From NCBI GenBank assembly GCA_900547555.1, contig URHG01000006.1:7640-71639 (forward strand): a DNA stretch of 64,000 nucleotides. The letters are read 5' to 3'. Numbering within the stretch: the first letter of the stretch is position 1; each line of letters begins with the position of its first letter. Positions 18,568-28,806 of the stretch are shown piece by piece. This DNA comes from an uncultured Porphyromonadaceae bacterium (GTDB lineage Bacteria > Bacteroidota > Bacteroidia > Bacteroidales > UBA11471). The notes beneath the pieces are model-generated. The model worked only from the letters and a program-made list of their open reading frames with translations, had not been told where the DNA came from and searched no databases. A program made the position numbers and the translations under genes.

Positions 18568-18808
18568 ATCTATCGAATATTGACTCATGTATGGCGCTTA
18601 GAGCTTGGTTGCTTCTTATACTGTTGTAAATCAGATTGATGATAATATTTTTCTCGGGTCTTTTCCTGTGAAAAATATTAAAATATAATAGGCTAACCTA
18701 CAAGTGGTTGTAATGTTTCCGGAATACGCAATAAAAAAGCGATTTTATTTTTCGGAAAAAGATTTGAATCTTTGTATTCGACTTCTACGATAGAATTTTG
18801 TTATAAAA

Positions 18809-20206
18809 ATGAGTATAGATTACGTCTCTTTGTGGGACCGCTGTCTCTCAATCATCAGAGATAATGTTTCGGAAGAACATTACAAGACATGGTTCGAGCC
18901 GATGCGCGCCGTGAGGTATTCTGATAATGAGTTGACAGTACAAGTTCCGACCCAATTTTTTTATGAGTATCTTGAAGAACATTTTGCCGATATTCTTCAA
19001 CGTACATTATTGCGTGTTTTCGGTTCGGGAATACAACTGATGTATAGCATATCGGTTGTAAAAGAACCCAAAGAGACCATTGACTTGCCGGGTGGTGGTA
19101 CCGGTTCGCCGAAATCGTCGAAGGGTGTTACAGAGCCTACTCAGATAGCAGATCCTTTTAAACAACCGGTTTACAAAGAGCTCGATTCGCAACTGAACCC
19201 GTATTATAGTTTCGATAACTATTTCTCGGGGTCGAGTAATGTTTTGGCTCGTTCTGCGGGAGAGACGGTCGCTCAGAATCCCGGTAAAACGGCATTCAAC
19301 CCGTTGTTCCTTTATGGGGAGTCGGGGGTAGGCAAAACTCATCTTGTGCAGGCTATCGGAGCAAAAGCTAAGGCTGTAAATCCGAAAGCCCGAGTATTGT
19401 ATCTGTCTTCGCATCTTTTTCAAGTGCAATATACCAATGCCGTGCGTAGTAACTCCGTTAATGATTTTATCAACTTTTACCAAAGCATTGATGTGTTGCT
19501 CATTGACGATATACAGGATTTGGTCGGGAAAACGGCTACGCAGAATACATTTTTCCATATTTTCAATCATCTTCATCAGACGGGAAAGCAGTTGGTGTTG
19601 ACGTCCGATCGTCCTCCCGTTTCGCTCGAAGGTATGGAAGAACGCCTTTTGACCCGTTTCAAGTGGGGACTTTCGGCCGAGGTTGAACGGCCCGATTATG
19701 ATTTGCGGAAAAATATTCTACTGAACAAGTTGAAAAAAGACGGAATCGTAATTGCCCCCGATGTCGTGGATTTTATAGCTCGGAATGTATCGAATAGCAT
19801 CAGGGAATTGGAGGGCATCATTGTTTCGTTGATGGCTCGTTCGATTATCTTGAAAAAAGAAATATCGGTGGAAATGGCCGAGTGTGTGTTGGCTTCCAGC
19901 ATTCAGTTGAAGAAGAAACAGATTACCATAGAACTTATTCAGCAAAAGGTTTGCGATTATTACAATATGGACGTAAAGTTGTTACAGTCCAAAACTCGTA
20001 AACGCGAAATTGCTTTGGCGCGGCAAATATCGATGTATCTGGCTAAGAAATATACCGAATATCCTCTTTCCCATATAGGGAGTCGTTTGGGGGGGAAAGA
20101 CCATGCCACAGTGCATTATGCTTGTAAGATGATATCCCAGCAGGTGGAAATAGATAAGTCTTTACGGGCTCAGGTCGATGAGATAGAACAGTCTTTGAAA
20201 TCGTAG
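18809..20206 (+). CDS. dnaA: chromosomal replication initiator protein DnaA
   Basis: 465 aa. Walker A GESGVGKTHL, box VII region, and a C-terminal DNA-binding signature (GGKDHATVHYACKMI). Confidence 0.97.
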   Translation: MSIDYVSLWDRCLSIIRDNVSEEHYKTWFEPMRAVRYSDNELTVQVPTQFFYEYLEEHFADILQRTLLRVFGSGIQLMYSISVVKEPKETIDLPGGGTGSPKSSKGVTEPTQIADPFKQPVYKELDSQLNPYYSFDNYFSGSSNVLARSAGETVAQNPGKTAFNPLFLYGESGVGKTHLVQAIGAKAKAVNPKARVLYLSSHLFQVQYTNAVRSNSVNDFINFYQSIDVLLIDDIQDLVGKTATQNTFFHIFNHLHQTGKQLVLTSDRPPVSLEGMEERLLTRFKWGLSAEVERPDYDLRKNILLNKLKKDGIVIAPDVVDFIARNVSNSIRELEGIIVSLMARSIILKKEISVEMAECVLASSIQLKKKQITIELIQQKVCDYYNMDVKLLQSKTRKREIALARQISMYLAKKYTEYPLSHIGSRLGGKDHATVHYACKMISQQVEIDKSLRAQVDEIEQSLKS

Positions 20207-20215
20207 ATGATTTAA

Positions 20216-20260
20216 TATATAGGAAAGGGGCACTGAAACTCAGTGCCCCTTTCCTATATA
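20216..20260. terminator. bidirectional terminator, 21-bp perfect palindrome
   Basis: tatataggaaaggggcactga-aac-tcagtgcccctttcctatata fills the gap between the dnaA stop (20206) and the nitroreductase stop (20261). Confidence 0.8.
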
Positions 20261-21007
20261 TTAAAATTTAAATCCTTGCTCTTTGATGACATTCAAGAAA
20301 ACGTCAGAGAAGTGTTCGTTGTTTGTACGTGTGTATCGTACATCTGTGAATACTTGTGCCAAAGTCTCTTTTTTATTTTCGTCTACAAAACCCTTATTGG
20401 CGGGGAGTTCCTCTTTTTCTTTATACAATCGGTCTATATCTTCCCGGGTGTAGTCTCGATAATGTTCGTGATGTATCATCGCTTCTATGGGCAGGCGTTC
20501 TACCTGATCGGGAATACCGTCGGGGTACCCGACCGTTACAGTAGTTACCGGAACGACGAAACGAGGCAGATCCAGAGCTTTTATGATTTGGTCGGCATTA
20601 TAGGTAGTCGTTCCTAAATAGCAGATGCCCAAACCTTTTGCCTCGGCAGCCGTACAGAATTGTTGAGCGACGAGTAATGCGTCTATCGATGCGGTGAAGA
20701 ACGATTGAAAGTTATCGTAACCCGGTTTTGCATGACGGAATTCGCACCACTTGATAAACCGGTTGAAATCGGCACAAAAAGTCAGTACGACAGGAGCATT
20801 TGTTACGGTCGACTGATTGAAGTGTGCAGGTGCCAGCTTTTTTTTGTTTTCGGCATCGCGGGTAACGACGACACTGTAAACTTGCATATTGCCGGTGTTA
20901 GAAACCCGGAACGCTGCTTCCAGAAGTTCGTTTAATAACTCGTCAGGTATATCCTCTTTCTTATATTGGCGGATAGTACGACGATTTTTGAGAAAATCTA
21001 AGTCCAT
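20261..21007 (-). CDS. nitroreductase family protein (NfsA/NADPH-dependent oxidoreductase-like)
   Basis: 248 aa. N-terminus FLKNRRTIRQYKKEDIPDELLNELLEAAFRVSNTGNMQ is typical of the nitroreductase fold. Confidence 0.85.
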   Translation of the reverse strand: MDLDFLKNRRTIRQYKKEDIPDELLNELLEAAFRVSNTGNMQVYSVVVTRDAENKKKLAPAHFNQSTVTNAPVVLTFCADFNRFIKWCEFRHAKPGYDNFQSFFTASIDALLVAQQFCTAAEAKGLGICYLGTTTYNADQIIKALDLPRFVVPVTTVTVGYPDGIPDQVERLPIEAMIHHEHYRDYTREDIDRLYKEKEELPANKGFVDENKKETLAQVFTDVRYTRTNNEHFSDVFLNVIKEQGFKF

Positions 21008-21375
21008 AGTATCAATAATATGTTTTTACAAATATACGGTTTATCCGTGAATTATTTCTTGTACAAGGGGCTTTTTTATATAGAAATGGAATAGTAAAGA
21101 CTTTTCCCGATAGGATTTTTATTGAGAACCAATAAAAGAACCTCGTTTATTAAAAAAGGAAACTTTTATTTTTATATTTCCCTGTAATATATTGATATTC
21201 AGTGTTTCGATTTGTTAAAATTGAAAATTCAATGAAATTGTTGATAAATAAATGTGTGAAATATTTGTGCGCTCGAAAGTTTTTCATAAACTTGCAAACA
21301 CAAAATCCTATCAAAAAAGTCAGCATCGAATACTATCGAAAAAACACAATTAAAAAACCATTAAATTATACATTC

Positions 21376-23925
21376 GTGGACTCAAAAAGTTATACTTACG
21401 ATGAAGCGTTCCAGTCGTCATTGGAGTACTTCAAAGGAGATGAGTTGGCCGCTCGTGTGTGGGTCAATAAGTATGCATTGAAAGATTCATTCGGGAATAT
21501 TTTCGAGAAAAATCCCGAAGACATGCACATGCGGTTGGCCTCGGAGATAGCTCGCATCGAGAATAATTATCCCAATCCTCTTTCGGAGGAACAACTTATG
21601 GATTTGTTCCGGGGATTCAAGTATGTCGTTCCTCAGGGAAGCCCCATGAGCGGCATCGGGAATAATTATCAGATCGGGTCGTTATCGAACTGCTTTGTGA
21701 TAGGTATGGAAGGAAATGCCGACTCGTATGGCGGCGTGATGAAAATCGACGAGGAGCAGGTACAGCTTATGAAGCGTCGGGGAGGGGTCGGGCACGACTT
21801 GTCCCATATCCGCCCCAAAGGATCTCCGGTAAAAAATTCGGCGTTGACATCGACCGGCTTGGTTCCGTTTATGGAACGCTATTCCAATTCCACCCGTGAG
21901 GTCGCGCAGGATGGTCGTCGCGGGGCGTTGATGCTCAGTGTATCGATAAAACACCCCGATTCGGAGTCGTTTATCGACGCTAAAATGACCGAGGGTAAAG
22001 TTACCGGAGCAAATGTCTCGGTGAAGATGACCGACGATTTTATGCAGGCGGCTATCGACGGGCGTCCTTATACGCAGCAGTATCCTATATATAGTGATCG
22101 TCCGATGGTGACGAAAGAGGTCGATGCTCAGGCTATTTGGAAAAAAATCGTACACAATGCGTGGAAGTCGGCCGAGCCCGGAGTTTTGTTTTGGGATACG
22201 ATTATACGGGAGTCTATACCCGATTGTTATGCCGATTTGGGATTCCGTACCGTTTCTACTAATCCCTGCGGAGAAATACCTCTCTGTCCTTATGACAGTT
22301 GCCGTTTGTTGGCGATCAATCTCTACTCTTATGTCGTAAATCCATTTACTCCGAACGCATATTTCGATTTCGAACTTTTCCGTGAACACGTTAAGCTGGC
22401 GCAACGTATCATGGATGATATCATCGATCTCGAAATGGAGAAAATCGATAAGATTTTGGAGAAGATACATTCCGACCCCGAATCGGAAGAGATAAAGCGC
22501 ACCGAGATACAGCTTTGGGAAAAGATCCGGGCCAAGACCTTGAAAGGTCGTCGTACCGGAGTGGGTACTACTGCCGAGGGCGATATGATCGCAGCTATGG
22601 GATTGCGTTACGGGACAGAAGAGGCTACGTCATTTTCTGAGAATGTACACAAAGCATTGGCGTTGGCAGCATACCGTTCGTCGGTGGAGATGGCCAAAGA
22701 ACGCGGGGCATTTGAGGTTTACGATGCTCGTCGGGAAGAAAAAAATCCTTTTATTAACCGTTTGCGTGAGGCCGATCCCCAGTTGTATGACGATATGGTG
22801 AAATGGGGGCGTAGAAATATTGCCTGTCTTACGATTGCTCCTACGGGAACGACCAGTTTGATGACGCAGACGACTTCGGGTATCGAGCCTGTGTTTATGC
22901 CCGTTTATCGTCGTCGCCGTAAGGTGAATCCGAACGATGCGGACGTACATGTAGACTATATCGACGAGTCGGGCGATGCATTCGAAGAATATTTGGTTTA
23001 CCATCATAAGTTTGTTACATGGATGCAGATGAACGGGTATGAAGTGCGAAATAATTATACACAAGAAGAAATCGACGAAATTATTTCTCGTTCGCCCTAT
23101 TATAAAGCAACGTCGAACGACATCGATTGGATACAAAAGGTGCGTATGCAAGGACGTGTGCAGAAATGGGTCGACCATTCCATCAGCGTAACGATAAATC
23201 TGCCTTCCGATGTTACCGAGGAGTTGGTCGGTAACCTCTATGTCGAGGCTTGGCGTTGTGGTTGCAAAGGTTGTACGGTGTATCGCGACGGCTCCCGTTC
23301 GGGTGTGTTGATCGCCGTTCAGAAAGAAGCTAAAAAAGAGAAAGAAAAAGCATCTGCTCCTGTGGCTGTTTCTCCGGCCGACTTGGTACGTCCTACCGAG
23401 CTCGAAGCCGATGTGGTACGTTTCCAGAATAATAGGGAAAAATGGATTGCCTTCATCGGGTTGAAAGACGGCAAACCGTATGAGATATTTACCGGTTTGG
23501 CCGATGACGAAGACGGTATATTGATACCTAAAAACATTACCAAAGGAAAAATTATCAAGGCATACGACGAGAATGGCAATAAGCATTACGATTTCCAGTT
23601 CCGGAATAAACGCGGATATAAAACCACGATCGAAGGCCTTTCTGAAAAATTCAATCCCGAGTATTGGAATTATGCCAAATTGATTTCCGGAGTATTGCGT
23701 TACGGAATGCCGATAGAACAAGTGTTGAAACTGGTCGGTTCGTTGCAACTGAACAGTGAAAATATCAATACATGGAAGAACGGCGTAGAACGCGCATTGA
23801 AGAAATATATGCCCAATGGTGCGACGGCCAACGGCCAGAAATGTCCTAAGTGTGGGCAGGAAACACTCGTTTATCAAGAGGGTTGCCTGATATGTACGTC
23901 TTGTGGAACATCTAAGTGCGGATAA
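21376..23925 (+). CDS. nrdJ: adenosylcobalamin-dependent (class II) ribonucleotide reductase
   Basis: ORF 21202..23925. Conserved sequence begins near YTYDEAF...GDELAARVWVNKYALKD. It has the catalytic loop STNPCGEIPL and a C-terminal CxxC...CxxC zinc-ribbon tail. Start is uncertain: GTG 21376 gives 849 aa, and ATG 21232 would add 48 AT-rich codons. Confidence 0.85.
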   Translation: MDSKSYTYDEAFQSSLEYFKGDELAARVWVNKYALKDSFGNIFEKNPEDMHMRLASEIARIENNYPNPLSEEQLMDLFRGFKYVVPQGSPMSGIGNNYQIGSLSNCFVIGMEGNADSYGGVMKIDEEQVQLMKRRGGVGHDLSHIRPKGSPVKNSALTSTGLVPFMERYSNSTREVAQDGRRGALMLSVSIKHPDSESFIDAKMTEGKVTGANVSVKMTDDFMQAAIDGRPYTQQYPIYSDRPMVTKEVDAQAIWKKIVHNAWKSAEPGVLFWDTIIRESIPDCYADLGFRTVSTNPCGEIPLCPYDSCRLLAINLYSYVVNPFTPNAYFDFELFREHVKLAQRIMDDIIDLEMEKIDKILEKIHSDPESEEIKRTEIQLWEKIRAKTLKGRRTGVGTTAEGDMIAAMGLRYGTEEATSFSENVHKALALAAYRSSVEMAKERGAFEVYDARREEKNPFINRLREADPQLYDDMVKWGRRNIACLTIAPTGTTSLMTQTTSGIEPVFMPVYRRRRKVNPNDADVHVDYIDESGDAFEEYLVYHHKFVTWMQMNGYEVRNNYTQEEIDEIISRSPYYKATSNDIDWIQKVRMQGRVQKWVDHSISVTINLPSDVTEELVGNLYVEAWRCGCKGCTVYRDGSRSGVLIAVQKEAKKEKEKASAPVAVSPADLVRPTELEADVVRFQNNREKWIAFIGLKDGKPYEIFTGLADDEDGILIPKNITKGKIIKAYDENGNKHYDFQFRNKRGYKTTIEGLSEKFNPEYWNYAKLISGVLRYGMPIEQVLKLVGSLQLNSENINTWKNGVERALKKYMPNGATANGQKCPKCGQETLVYQEGCLICTSCGTSKCG

Positions 23926-26600
23926 TGCGTGTAACGTTTTTTATAGAATATCATACCCGTTGGGGGCAGCAGCTATTCCTGAGTGGTGGAATCGAAGCCT
24001 TGGGTTCGGGCAATGAAGAACGTGCTCTTCCTATGCAGTATGTCGACGATGGCTGGTGGACGGCAACGATCGATGCCGATGAAGGGTGTACATTTACTTA
24101 CGGGTATTTGTTGCGCGAAAACGGAGTATGTCTGAAAGAGTGGGGTGGGGAACATTGTTTCCGCCCCACTTTCGGCATTTCTACCTATCGGGTTTATGAC
24201 GAGTGGTTGCAGATAAGTCGCGATCATGTGTTCCTTTCTTCGGCTATCCGTCAGAGCGGTATTTTTCGAAAGGCGACGGAAAAAGAGGATTCTGCCTCTA
24301 CTTTGGGAGTCAGATTTGAAGTAACTGCCCCGGCGCTTTTACCGCAGGAGACGTTGGCTGTTGTCGGCTCGTTTACCGGACACCCGTGGAGTGTCGAAGA
24401 GGGTTGTTTGATGTCTGATGCTCGTTATCCGGTATGGTCTGTTACCCTTCCGCCGGAGATACTGAGGTTGCCTGTTGAATATAAATTTGTCGTTGTAGAC
24501 AAATCTACTCGCCGTATTGTAGCATGGGAGGAGGGTGAGAACCGTCGTTTACCTCTTTTGGTAGAAAGAACCGGAGAAACGATTGTCGTAAACGGAGGAC
24601 ATCTGCGTCTTTTCCGACCTTTATGGAAAGGAGCGGGTGTTGCCGTTCCCGTGTTTTCTCTGCGTTCGGAGTCAAGCTGGGGAATCGGAGAATTTCTTGA
24701 TCTCGAAAAAATGGTCGATTGGGCAGTCCTCACGGGGCAACGTTTTATACAGGTCTTGCCCGTCAATGATACCACAATGTGGCATACATGGCTCGACTCT
24801 TATCCTTATCGAGCCAATTCGGTATATGCATTGCACCCGGCCTATTTGTATTTGCCCGCTGTGGGACGTTTGGCCGACGAGAAGGAGATGACGCGTTTCG
24901 AGCAAGAAGCTGCCCGCCTGAATGCCCTTCCTGCTGTCGATTACGAGGCTGTAACCCGGTTGAAAAGCGAATATATGCGTATTCTTTTCCGGGAAGTCGG
25001 TGCCGATACGCTTGCTTCATTTTCTTACCGGCGTTTTTTCGATGAGAATAAAAAATGGTTGGTCCCTTATGCCGCATTCTGTTATTTGCGGGATACGTTG
25101 CATACGCCCGTATTTTCGGAATGGGGGGAGTATGCCGAGTACGACGAAAGAAAAGTTGCCTGCCTTTCCGATGTAGAAAGTGATGCTTATCCTATTATTG
25201 CCGGATACTATTTTCAGCAATATCATTTGCACGAACAGTTGCTGCGCGTGCGTGAGTATGCCCGAAGCAAAGGCGTCGTGCTGAAAGGCGATATACCCAT
25301 CGGGGTGAGCCGAAACAGTGCCGATGCGTGGGTCGCTCCGTCCTTGTTCAATCTCGATTCTCAGACAGGTGCTCCGCCCGATGATTTTTCCGTCACGGGG
25401 CAGAATTGGGGCTTCCCCACCTATAATTGGGCCGAGATGGCACAAGACGGGTATGCATGGTGGAAGGCTCGTTTTACCAAAATGGCTGAATATTTCGATG
25501 CTTATCGTATCGACCATATTTTAGGGTTTTTCCGTATTTGGGAAATTCCCGATACGGCAGTCGAGGGATTGCCGGGGCATTTCAATGCCGCATTGCCGTT
25601 TACTCCCGATGATTTGGCCGAATATGATTTCCCATTCGATGAGAAACGCCATGCCGAACCGTATATTCGGGAATATATGCTTCCTGAAATCTTCGGGATT
25701 TATGCCGGAGAGGTACAAGCAAAATACTTGAAGCCGGTCGGCAATAATGCTTTCTGTTTGCGGGAAGAAGTCGACAATCAACAGAAAATAAATACTTTAT
25801 TGGGAGATACTTATGACGCCAAGGCACAAGCCATAAAAGAAGGATTGTTCCGGCTCACCGATGAAGTTCTTTTTGTTCGCGATCCTTATGCCGCCTATGC
25901 TTGGCATCCGCGTATCAATGCACAGGACACATACAGTTTCAAAGATTTACCCGTAGATATGCAACGGGATTTCCGTCGTTTGCATGATGAGTTTTATTAT
26001 CATCGACATGATGAGTTTTGGCGGAACGAAGCGCTGAAAAAACTGCCTGCTCTTGTTCTCTCGACCGACATGCTTGTCTGCGGAGAAGATTTAGGTATGA
26101 TACCACACTGTGTACCCGATGTGATGAATCGGTTGCAAATTCTCTCGCTCGAAATACAGCGTATGCCCAAAGAACCTTATTGCGAGTTTGGCGATACCCG
26201 TAAGTATCCCTATCTTTCGGTTTGTACGACATCGACTCACGATATGTCGGGAATCAGAGGGTGGTGGGAAGAAGACCGCTCTAAAACACAACGGTATTAC
26301 AATGTCGTATTGCATCGGGAGGGAGATGCTCCCGAGCAATGTCCCCCGTATATTTGTCAGGAGATTATCCGGCAGCATTTGGAATCACCGTCGATGTTGG
26401 TCATATTGCCTTTGCAGGATTGGCTGTCGGTAAATCTCGATGTACGAGTTCCCGATCCGTCAGTCGAGCGTATCAATGTCCCGTCCGATCCGCGTAATTA
26501 TTGGCGTTATCGTATGCATTTGACGTTGGAGTCGCTTCTTCGGCAGGATAAGTTGAACGAAACGGTTCGCTCGTTGATCGGCGATTCGGCCCGTCGGTAG
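23925..26600 (+). CDS. malQ: 4-alpha-glucanotransferase (GH77 amylomaltase) with N-terminal CBM20-like starch-binding modules
   Basis: ATG 23925 overlaps the nrdJ stop (TAATG). MRVTFFIEYHTRWGQ... and a second CBM-like repeat (FEVTAPALLPQETLAVVGS). GH77 catalytic region YRIDHILGFFRIWEIP and CGEDLG. Confidence 0.92.
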   Translation: MRVTFFIEYHTRWGQQLFLSGGIEALGSGNEERALPMQYVDDGWWTATIDADEGCTFTYGYLLRENGVCLKEWGGEHCFRPTFGISTYRVYDEWLQISRDHVFLSSAIRQSGIFRKATEKEDSASTLGVRFEVTAPALLPQETLAVVGSFTGHPWSVEEGCLMSDARYPVWSVTLPPEILRLPVEYKFVVVDKSTRRIVAWEEGENRRLPLLVERTGETIVVNGGHLRLFRPLWKGAGVAVPVFSLRSESSWGIGEFLDLEKMVDWAVLTGQRFIQVLPVNDTTMWHTWLDSYPYRANSVYALHPAYLYLPAVGRLADEKEMTRFEQEAARLNALPAVDYEAVTRLKSEYMRILFREVGADTLASFSYRRFFDENKKWLVPYAAFCYLRDTLHTPVFSEWGEYAEYDERKVACLSDVESDAYPIIAGYYFQQYHLHEQLLRVREYARSKGVVLKGDIPIGVSRNSADAWVAPSLFNLDSQTGAPPDDFSVTGQNWGFPTYNWAEMAQDGYAWWKARFTKMAEYFDAYRIDHILGFFRIWEIPDTAVEGLPGHFNAALPFTPDDLAEYDFPFDEKRHAEPYIREYMLPEIFGIYAGEVQAKYLKPVGNNAFCLREEVDNQQKINTLLGDTYDAKAQAIKEGLFRLTDEVLFVRDPYAAYAWHPRINAQDTYSFKDLPVDMQRDFRRLHDEFYYHRHDEFWRNEALKKLPALVLSTDMLVCGEDLGMIPHCVPDVMNRLQILSLEIQRMPKEPYCEFGDTRKYPYLSVCTTSTHDMSGIRGWWEEDRSKTQRYYNVVLHREGDAPEQCPPYICQEIIRQHLESPSMLVILPLQDWLSVNLDVRVPDPSVERINVPSDPRNYWRYRMHLTLESLLRQDKLNETVRSLIGDSARR

Positions 26601-26669
26601 AAGTTCGGGGTATAAGAAAGCGAATGAAAATATTCTGTCGGGAGAATTTGTCGGGAAATATAAAAGTGT

Positions 26670-26677
26670 TATTTTTG
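26670..26677 (+). promoter_or_regulatory. candidate -7 element TATTTTTG
   Basis: 26 nt upstream of the TetR ATG 26703. Confidence 0.4.
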
Positions 26678-26702
26678 CTCAACGATAAAGTATCTGTGCA
26701 GT

Positions 26703-27311
26703 ATGAAAGAGCTTATGTCAAAAACGCGGAAAATTCTGGTCGATACGGCCCGGCAATTATTCGCACAAAAAGGCATAGACAATACGACGATGAACAATAT
26801 AGCGTTGGCCTCGGGAAAAGGTCGACGTACGTTGTACACCTATTTCAGAAGTAAGACAGAAGTATATCAGGCGGTTATCGAGTCGGAATTATCTCATTTG
26901 ATACATCAGTTGGGTGATGTTGTTGGTAGGGACTTGCCACCCGACGAAAAGTTGACTACTTATATTCAGGTGCGGTTCGATGTTTTCAGGGAAACCGTTT
27001 TGCGTAACGGAACTTTGAAAGCGGAGTTTTTCAGAGACATACGAAAAGTCGAGACGGCACGAAAGAATATCGATAGGCAGGAACTTGAATTTTTGGGACG
27101 GATTATCGATGATGGAATAAAAAAAGGTATTTTCAGACCGACACCTCTTCAACCCACCTCTTGGGTTATACATTGCTGCCTCAAAGGCTTGGAAATTCCG
27201 TATCTCAAAGGAGTCTTTTCCGATATGGGTTTCGATTCGGGGAAATTAAAAGAATTTATAGCCGACATGACGAAATCCTGTTTGGGGTGCGAGAAATATG
27301 TAACAGAATAA
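26703..27311 (+). CDS. TetR/AcrR family transcriptional regulator
   Basis: 202 aa. N-terminal HTH ILVDTARQLFAQKGIDNTTMNNIALASGKGRRTLYTYF. Confidence 0.9.
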   Translation: MKELMSKTRKILVDTARQLFAQKGIDNTTMNNIALASGKGRRTLYTYFRSKTEVYQAVIESELSHLIHQLGDVVGRDLPPDEKLTTYIQVRFDVFRETVLRNGTLKAEFFRDIRKVETARKNIDRQELEFLGRIIDDGIKKGIFRPTPLQPTSWVIHCCLKGLEIPYLKGVFSDMGFDSGKLKEFIADMTKSCLGCEKYVTE

Positions 27312-27333
27312 CTTTCCATTAAAAAATAGAATT

Positions 27334-28080
27334 ATGAAATTACTTGAAGGAAAAGTAGCCCTTATAACAGGTGCTGCACGTGGAATTGGAAAAGCAATCG
27401 CTTTGAAATTCGCCAGCGAAGGAGCAAATATAGCTTTTACCGACTTGGTTATCGACGAAAACGGTAAAGCTACCGAAGCCGAGATTGCGGCTTTGGGGGT
27501 AAAGGTAAAAGGATATGCCTCGAACGCTGCAAATTTTGAAGAAACCGAAAAAGTGGTCAATCAGGTAAAAGAAGATTTCGGATCGGTAGATATTCTGGTA
27601 AACAATGCAGGTATTACCAAAGACGGTTTGATGATGCGTATGAGCGAAGCTCAATGGGACGCAGTGATCGCCGTCAATCTCAAATCGGCATTCAACTTTA
27701 TTCATGCTTGTACCCCCATCATGATGCGCCAGAAATCCGGGAGCATCATCAATATGGCTTCGGTTGTCGGTGTGCATGGAAACGCCGGGCAAGCCAATTA
27801 TTCGGCATCTAAGGCCGGTATGATAGGACTCGCCAAGTCGATCGCCCAAGAATTGGGTTCGCGTGGTGTTCGGGCCAATGCCATTGCTCCGGGATTTATC
27901 ATTACCGATATGACTGCTAAACTGTCCGACGAAGTACGGGAAGAATGGTGTAAGAAGATTCCTTTGCGTCGTGGCGGAACTCCCGAAGATGTTGCCAATG
28001 TCGCTACGTTCCTGGCTTCGGATATGTCGTCGTATGTATCGGGTCAAGTGATACAGGTCGATGGCGGAATGAATATGTAA
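27334..28080 (+). CDS. fabG: 3-oxoacyl-[acyl-carrier-protein] reductase
   Basis: 248 aa SDR with TGAARGIG, NNAG and YSASKAG motifs, and a FabG-type C-terminus GQVIQVDGGMNM. Confidence 0.9.
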   Translation: MKLLEGKVALITGAARGIGKAIALKFASEGANIAFTDLVIDENGKATEAEIAALGVKVKGYASNAANFEETEKVVNQVKEDFGSVDILVNNAGITKDGLMMRMSEAQWDAVIAVNLKSAFNFIHACTPIMMRQKSGSIINMASVVGVHGNAGQANYSASKAGMIGLAKSIAQELGSRGVRANAIAPGFIITDMTAKLSDEVREEWCKKIPLRRGGTPEDVANVATFLASDMSSYVSGQVIQVDGGMNM

Positions 28081-28089
28081 TTTTTCCTG

Positions 28090-28773
28090 ATGACCGTATT
28101 GTACGAAGATAATCACTTGATTATCGTTAATAAAAATACTTCGGAAATCGTTCAGGGCGATAAAACGGGCGATACTCCGTTGAGTGAGACAGTAAAGCTT
28201 TGGCTGAAAAAGAAATACGACAAGCCGGGTAATGTGTTTGTCGGGGTAACGCATCGTCTCGACAGGCCGGTAAGCGGGATTGTCGTTTTTGCTAAAACCA
28301 GCAAAGCGTTGGCACGGCTCAATGAGATGTTCCGTAAAGGTGAAGTGAAGAAATCGTATTGGGCGATTGTGCAGACGGTTCCCGAAAAAGGGGCCGATGA
28401 GATTACGCATTATCTTGTGCGTAACGAGAGGCTCAATAAGTCTACGGCGTGGGAGAATCCGCGTCCCGGGGCCAAAGAAGCGACTCTCTCGTATCGGGTT
28501 ATTGCCCGTAGCGAGAAATATGCGCTTTTGGAAGTCGATCTTAAAACCGGCCGTCATCACCAAATACGTTGTCAGCTTGCAAAAATAGGTTCTCCGATAA
28601 AAGGCGATTTGAAGTACGGAGCGAAGCGCTCCAATCCCGACGGAGGTATATCGTTGCATGCAAGGCATATACATTTTATACACCCTGTTTCTAAACAAGT
28701 TGTCGATGTTACGGCACCCGTACCCGATGACTCTTTGTGGAAGTATTTCGAACAAACGGTTTCTTTTGAGTAG
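28090..28773 (+). CDS. RluA-family pseudouridine synthase
   Basis: 227 aa. Catalytic motif HRLDRPVSGIVVFAK, plus HQIR. Confidence 0.88.
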   Translation: MTVLYEDNHLIIVNKNTSEIVQGDKTGDTPLSETVKLWLKKKYDKPGNVFVGVTHRLDRPVSGIVVFAKTSKALARLNEMFRKGEVKKSYWAIVQTVPEKGADEITHYLVRNERLNKSTAWENPRPGAKEATLSYRVIARSEKYALLEVDLKTGRHHQIRCQLAKIGSPIKGDLKYGAKRSNPDGGISLHARHIHFIHPVSKQVVDVTAPVPDDSLWKYFEQTVSFE

Positions 28774-28806
28774 TACCGATTGAAAAATCGGTCTTACGCG
28801 ACTTAT

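Noticed and set aside
18476-18808. oriC with DnaA boxes upstream of dnaA
   Set aside because: By eye, no 9-mer comes within one mismatch of TTATCCACA. The best candidates (gtgggataa, ctgtgaaaa) have 2-3 mismatches. This needs a genome-wide skew analysis, so it is not called.
21008-21375. Cobalamin riboswitch or NrdR box upstream of the B12-dependent RNR
   Set aside because: The region is AT-rich and lacks a B12-box-like GC-rich core. I found no palindromic acaC-N-Gtgt NrdR-type pair. The near-repeats (aattgaaa/caatgaaa) are weak.
22630-23877. 415-aa minus-strand ORF inside nrdJ
   Set aside because: Shadow ORF antisense to a confidently identified RNR gene. No recognisable motifs.
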